DNA of 63,859 bases, the filler included, from Chiloscyllium plagiosum (lineage: Eukaryota): NCBI RefSeq assembly GCF_004010195.1. It is 5 parts of one record of this genome, joined end to end, with 100 filler letters (N's around TTAATTAATTAA, not from the genome) between each part and the next. Parts side by side here need not be neighbours in the genome. Positions count along the whole stretch, not along the records: positions 56,537 to 63,859 come from NC_057717.1; 4 more parts are not named here. The stretch is one strand, 5' to 3'. Position 1 is the first letter of the stretch, and each line of letters opens with the position of its first letter. The translations under genes were made by a program, and so were the position numbers. The notes below the pieces were generated by a model. The model was not told the DNA's origin. It was given only the letters and a program-made list of their open reading frames with translations, and made no database searches. Positions 60,601-63,859 of this stretch are shown here, piece by piece.

Positions 60601-63600
60601 TGGTAAATACTAGCGAAAAGCGTCTGTTGATACTTGAAAGGAAAATGAAACCAAGATCAAGTATGGCACAACGAATGTGTGGATACGAGAATTTATTGTA
60701 GAGAGTAGAAAAATGATAAGGAGACAAAACAGTTACATTGCATCAGTCTTCAAAGAGGAAGATCCAGAAAATCTCCCAGAAATACCAAGTCACCATGGGA
60801 CCTTTGTAACTAAAGACTAAAATCAATCATATACAGTTATGAGGTGGAATTTGGAAACAGAACTGGGATGAGTATTGATAGGTCTGACAGACCAGATATA
60901 ATTCAAACTGAAATTTCAGAGAAAACAGCAATACACATGTTGATTGCAATAGGGGCAACTGTATTTTTCTGAAGGTTATAAATGCATTCAAATGATTTAC
61001 GAAGGGAAGAAGTGGGAGAGTGGAGGACTACAGGCCAGTTAGTTGTTATCCACAGTATGGAATCTGTTGCAACCTATTGGACACTGAGTAAGTAATAGCA
61101 AATTTCAAGAGAGTTGTTCTGCATTTATGAAAGGGAAGTTATAATTTACAATTGTTTTCTTGAAGATATCTCTCTGTAGATGTAAACAATGGGGAATCAG
61201 TGAATCTGGTACAATCAGATATTCAGGAGGAGGTTTAATCAGCACAGAGAATAAGTAATCAGAAAACATTAAAGCAAAGTGTATTGGGAGGAACATATGC
61301 AAACGGAGAAGGTAAGCATTAGAGAAAACATTGGAGAACATAGGTGGCTGTAGAAGGCTGTTTGTGTGACTGCAGACTGGTGTACGCTGGTGTGTCACAG
61401 GTGTCAGTGCTGTGCCCCTTTAAACGCCTTCATTTAAAGGGAATCCGAATATAGACGATGAAGTATCTATTCGTCTCAAAGTGTCAGCTTGCTCTCTCTT
61501 TACGGATGCTGTCTGACTGACTGTGATCTCTAGCATGTGTTGGTTTCAGTACAGATTCAGCTTCTGCAGTGATTTGCTCCTACTAGAAGTAAAGACATTC
61601 TGCACTAGTAACACAGAAAGTTGGGGAGACTGTACCTGGACTGGACCGGTACAATTTTGATGTCTTGATCTATGTAAAATATACTGATCACATATACTGA
61701 ATGGGCATTCTCCTGATTAATCTCTCAGCTGGCACAATGGTCTGCTGAGGAGATTTGATCTGAGATCAAGGCGGGAATCTGTGTTTGAAACTGGAGAATG
61801 TTGATTGATTGTTATATGAGAATTTCACGTCTGCTTACTTGGGAAAAGGAGGAGGCAGGTACAGAATTCAAGAAGATGGACTGGGAAGCTCTTGAACAGA
61901 TTGATGTAAGATGTGAGTAGTGATTCATGGTTTTGGCTGGTATAAAATTGGAACAATCCCCAGGTCCAGATTAGTTACATCTCAGGCTGTTGTTGGAGAC
62001 AAGGGATGAAAGGCGCTGATGCAAATGTTTAAATAGAATCTGGTCACAGATGAGGTGCCCGAGGACTGGAGAACACTCTTTATAGGAAGGATTGTAGAGA
62101 TAGAGCAGGGAACTATAGACTAGCGTGTTTCAAATCGGTGTTAGAGAAACTTTTGCAAAGAATAGGTGGTGGTAGAAGGCGGTTAGTGTGACTGGAGACC
62201 GGTGTCCCCGATGTACCACAATGATCAGCGCTGTGTCCCTTATTATTTGTGGTATTTATAAATGATGTAGGTGTGAATGTGGAGGGGGAGTGGCAGCGTG
62301 ATAAGTAAGTCTGTGTTGACACAAATATTGGCTGGGTGTTTGGCAGTGTGGAGGAATTTTTATGGTACAGGAAGATACAGATGGATTGGGCAGATGAGTG
62401 GATCAATGGCAGATAAGACATAACTCTGATAAATATGAGAAATGCAGTTTGGAGGAAGGAACCAGGCAGGAGAGTACACAATGAATGGCAGCACACCAGG
62501 AAGCTCATACATCTGTGAACGTAACGGAGGAGGATCAAAGATTACGTAAGAAATCATTGGAAAAAGTAGGCATATCCTTTAGTCATCGAGGCATAGATTA
62601 CAAGAGCTATGCAGCACTTTAGTTAGGTCAAGATGGAATACTATTTGGGGTTCTGGGAGCAACATCACAGGCAGGATGTGATTGTTCTGGAGGGGGCACA
62701 GAGATTCACCAGGATGTTCCCAAGGATGGAGCATATCAGCTATGGAGAGAGGTCTCATAAGCTCCATTTGTTTACTTTGGAGCAGAGAAGGCTTTGAGGG
62801 AACGTGATTCAGGATAAGATTACGAGGGTCATGGACAGGATGGATAGACAGCAGCTGTTCCTTTTAGTCAAAGAGCCAAGAACAGGCGTACACACTTTTA
62901 AAGGGAAGGATTTGATATTTAGAGAGGAGTCAGGGATTGTTTCTTCACCAAGAGGGTTATGGGGTCCGGAATGCACCCCCTGAGGATGGGGTGGGGGGTT
63001 GTTATCATGGGTCACGTCACAACCATCAAAAAGTATTTGGACGAGCACCTGAAGTGTCAAACCATTCATGGCTATGGGACTGATGTAGTAAAGTTGGAAT
63101 AATATAGATCGTGCTGTAATTTTGATGCTACACAGGCTATGCTTCTGTGATTGTATGGCTGTGAAAGGTCAATCATTGATCAGCTTAAGACAGGAAGTAA
63201 TAGGTTTCGGAGCAGTACATTAAACAAGCATGAAACGTAAAAGTTTCTCTAAGTACAATATACCAAGGTGAAATGTTGGCAAAGATAATTGTAGCTTCTT
63301 TACAGTCGAAAACCAACGAATGGTGAACAGGAAAATGGCAGACTATGAAGCAACTACTTCAGTTCTGCCTTCATGAAAGAAAAAAAATAAAAACTTCCAA
63401 GCAATTATAGGTCTACTGAGAAAAAGTAGGAAATACAAGCGTATCTGTAAATAAACAGTTTTGAAGAAAATATTTGGTCTGAAATCTGATAAGTCCCCAT
63501 CGCCTGATAATCTTTATCTATGGGTCTTGAAGAAGGTGGCCATGGTAATAATGAATACTTTGCTTGCTGTCTTCCAAATTCCTGATGACTGAATTGACAG

Positions 63601-63680
63601 ATTTGAGAGCAGCAAATATAACCCCAGTATTTCAAAAAGGAGGCAGGGAGAAAGCAGGGAATTACAGTCTGCCTAGTGCC
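60600..63680 (+). mobile_element. Multiple old CR1 fragments
   Basis: Degenerate SPGPD, NYRPVS and AANITPVFQKGGREKAGNYS motifs. Confidence 0.7.
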
Positions 63681-63859
63681 AAAGAACATAGAACAATACA
63701 GAACAGAACAGGCCCTTCGGCCCACGATGTTGTGCCGAACATTTGTCCTAGCTTAAGCACCCATCCATGTACCTCTCCAATTGCCGCTTAAAGGTCACCA
63801 AAGATTCTGACTCTACCACTCCCACAGGCAGCTCATTCCATGCCCCCACCACTCTCTGG
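63681..63859 (-). mobile_element. Young CR1 3' end
   Basis: The reverse complement closely matches ~28560-28745. Confidence 0.85.

Noticed and set aside
28560..63859. Long-range inverted repeat between ~28560-28745 and 63681-63859
   Set aside because: Two independent insertions of the same young CR1 subfamily with different flanks.

Overview
Gene-poor, transposon-saturated vertebrate DNA, most likely from a cartilaginous fish. This is inferred from an HE1/V-SINE, abundant CR1 LINEs and Penelope-derived elements. No intact host protein-coding gene is recognisable. The first 11.5 kb holds a nested LTR complex: a defective class I (epsilon/ZFERV-like) endogenous retrovirus on the minus strand (5135-11508: LTR, tRNA-Pro PBS, gag, NC/PR/RT deleted, RNase H-IN, env, LTR) inserted into the RT of a Gmr1-type Gypsy element (PR-IN-RT order). 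Bases 1-1644 are an inverted duplicate of 4750-6405 that shares the same proviral junction and appears to carry a gene-conversion patch. The rest comprises CR1 fragments, an L1 5' end, a second Gmr1 relic with nested insertions, a spliced Harbinger-type Myb/SANT relic, SINEs, many Penelope-derived mini-elements with hammerhead-ribozyme cores, a 60-bp tandem array with a possible coding signature, and seven assembly gaps (four contain an artificial TTAATTAATTAA linker). Boundaries of old TE fragments are approximate, and identity estimates are by eye.
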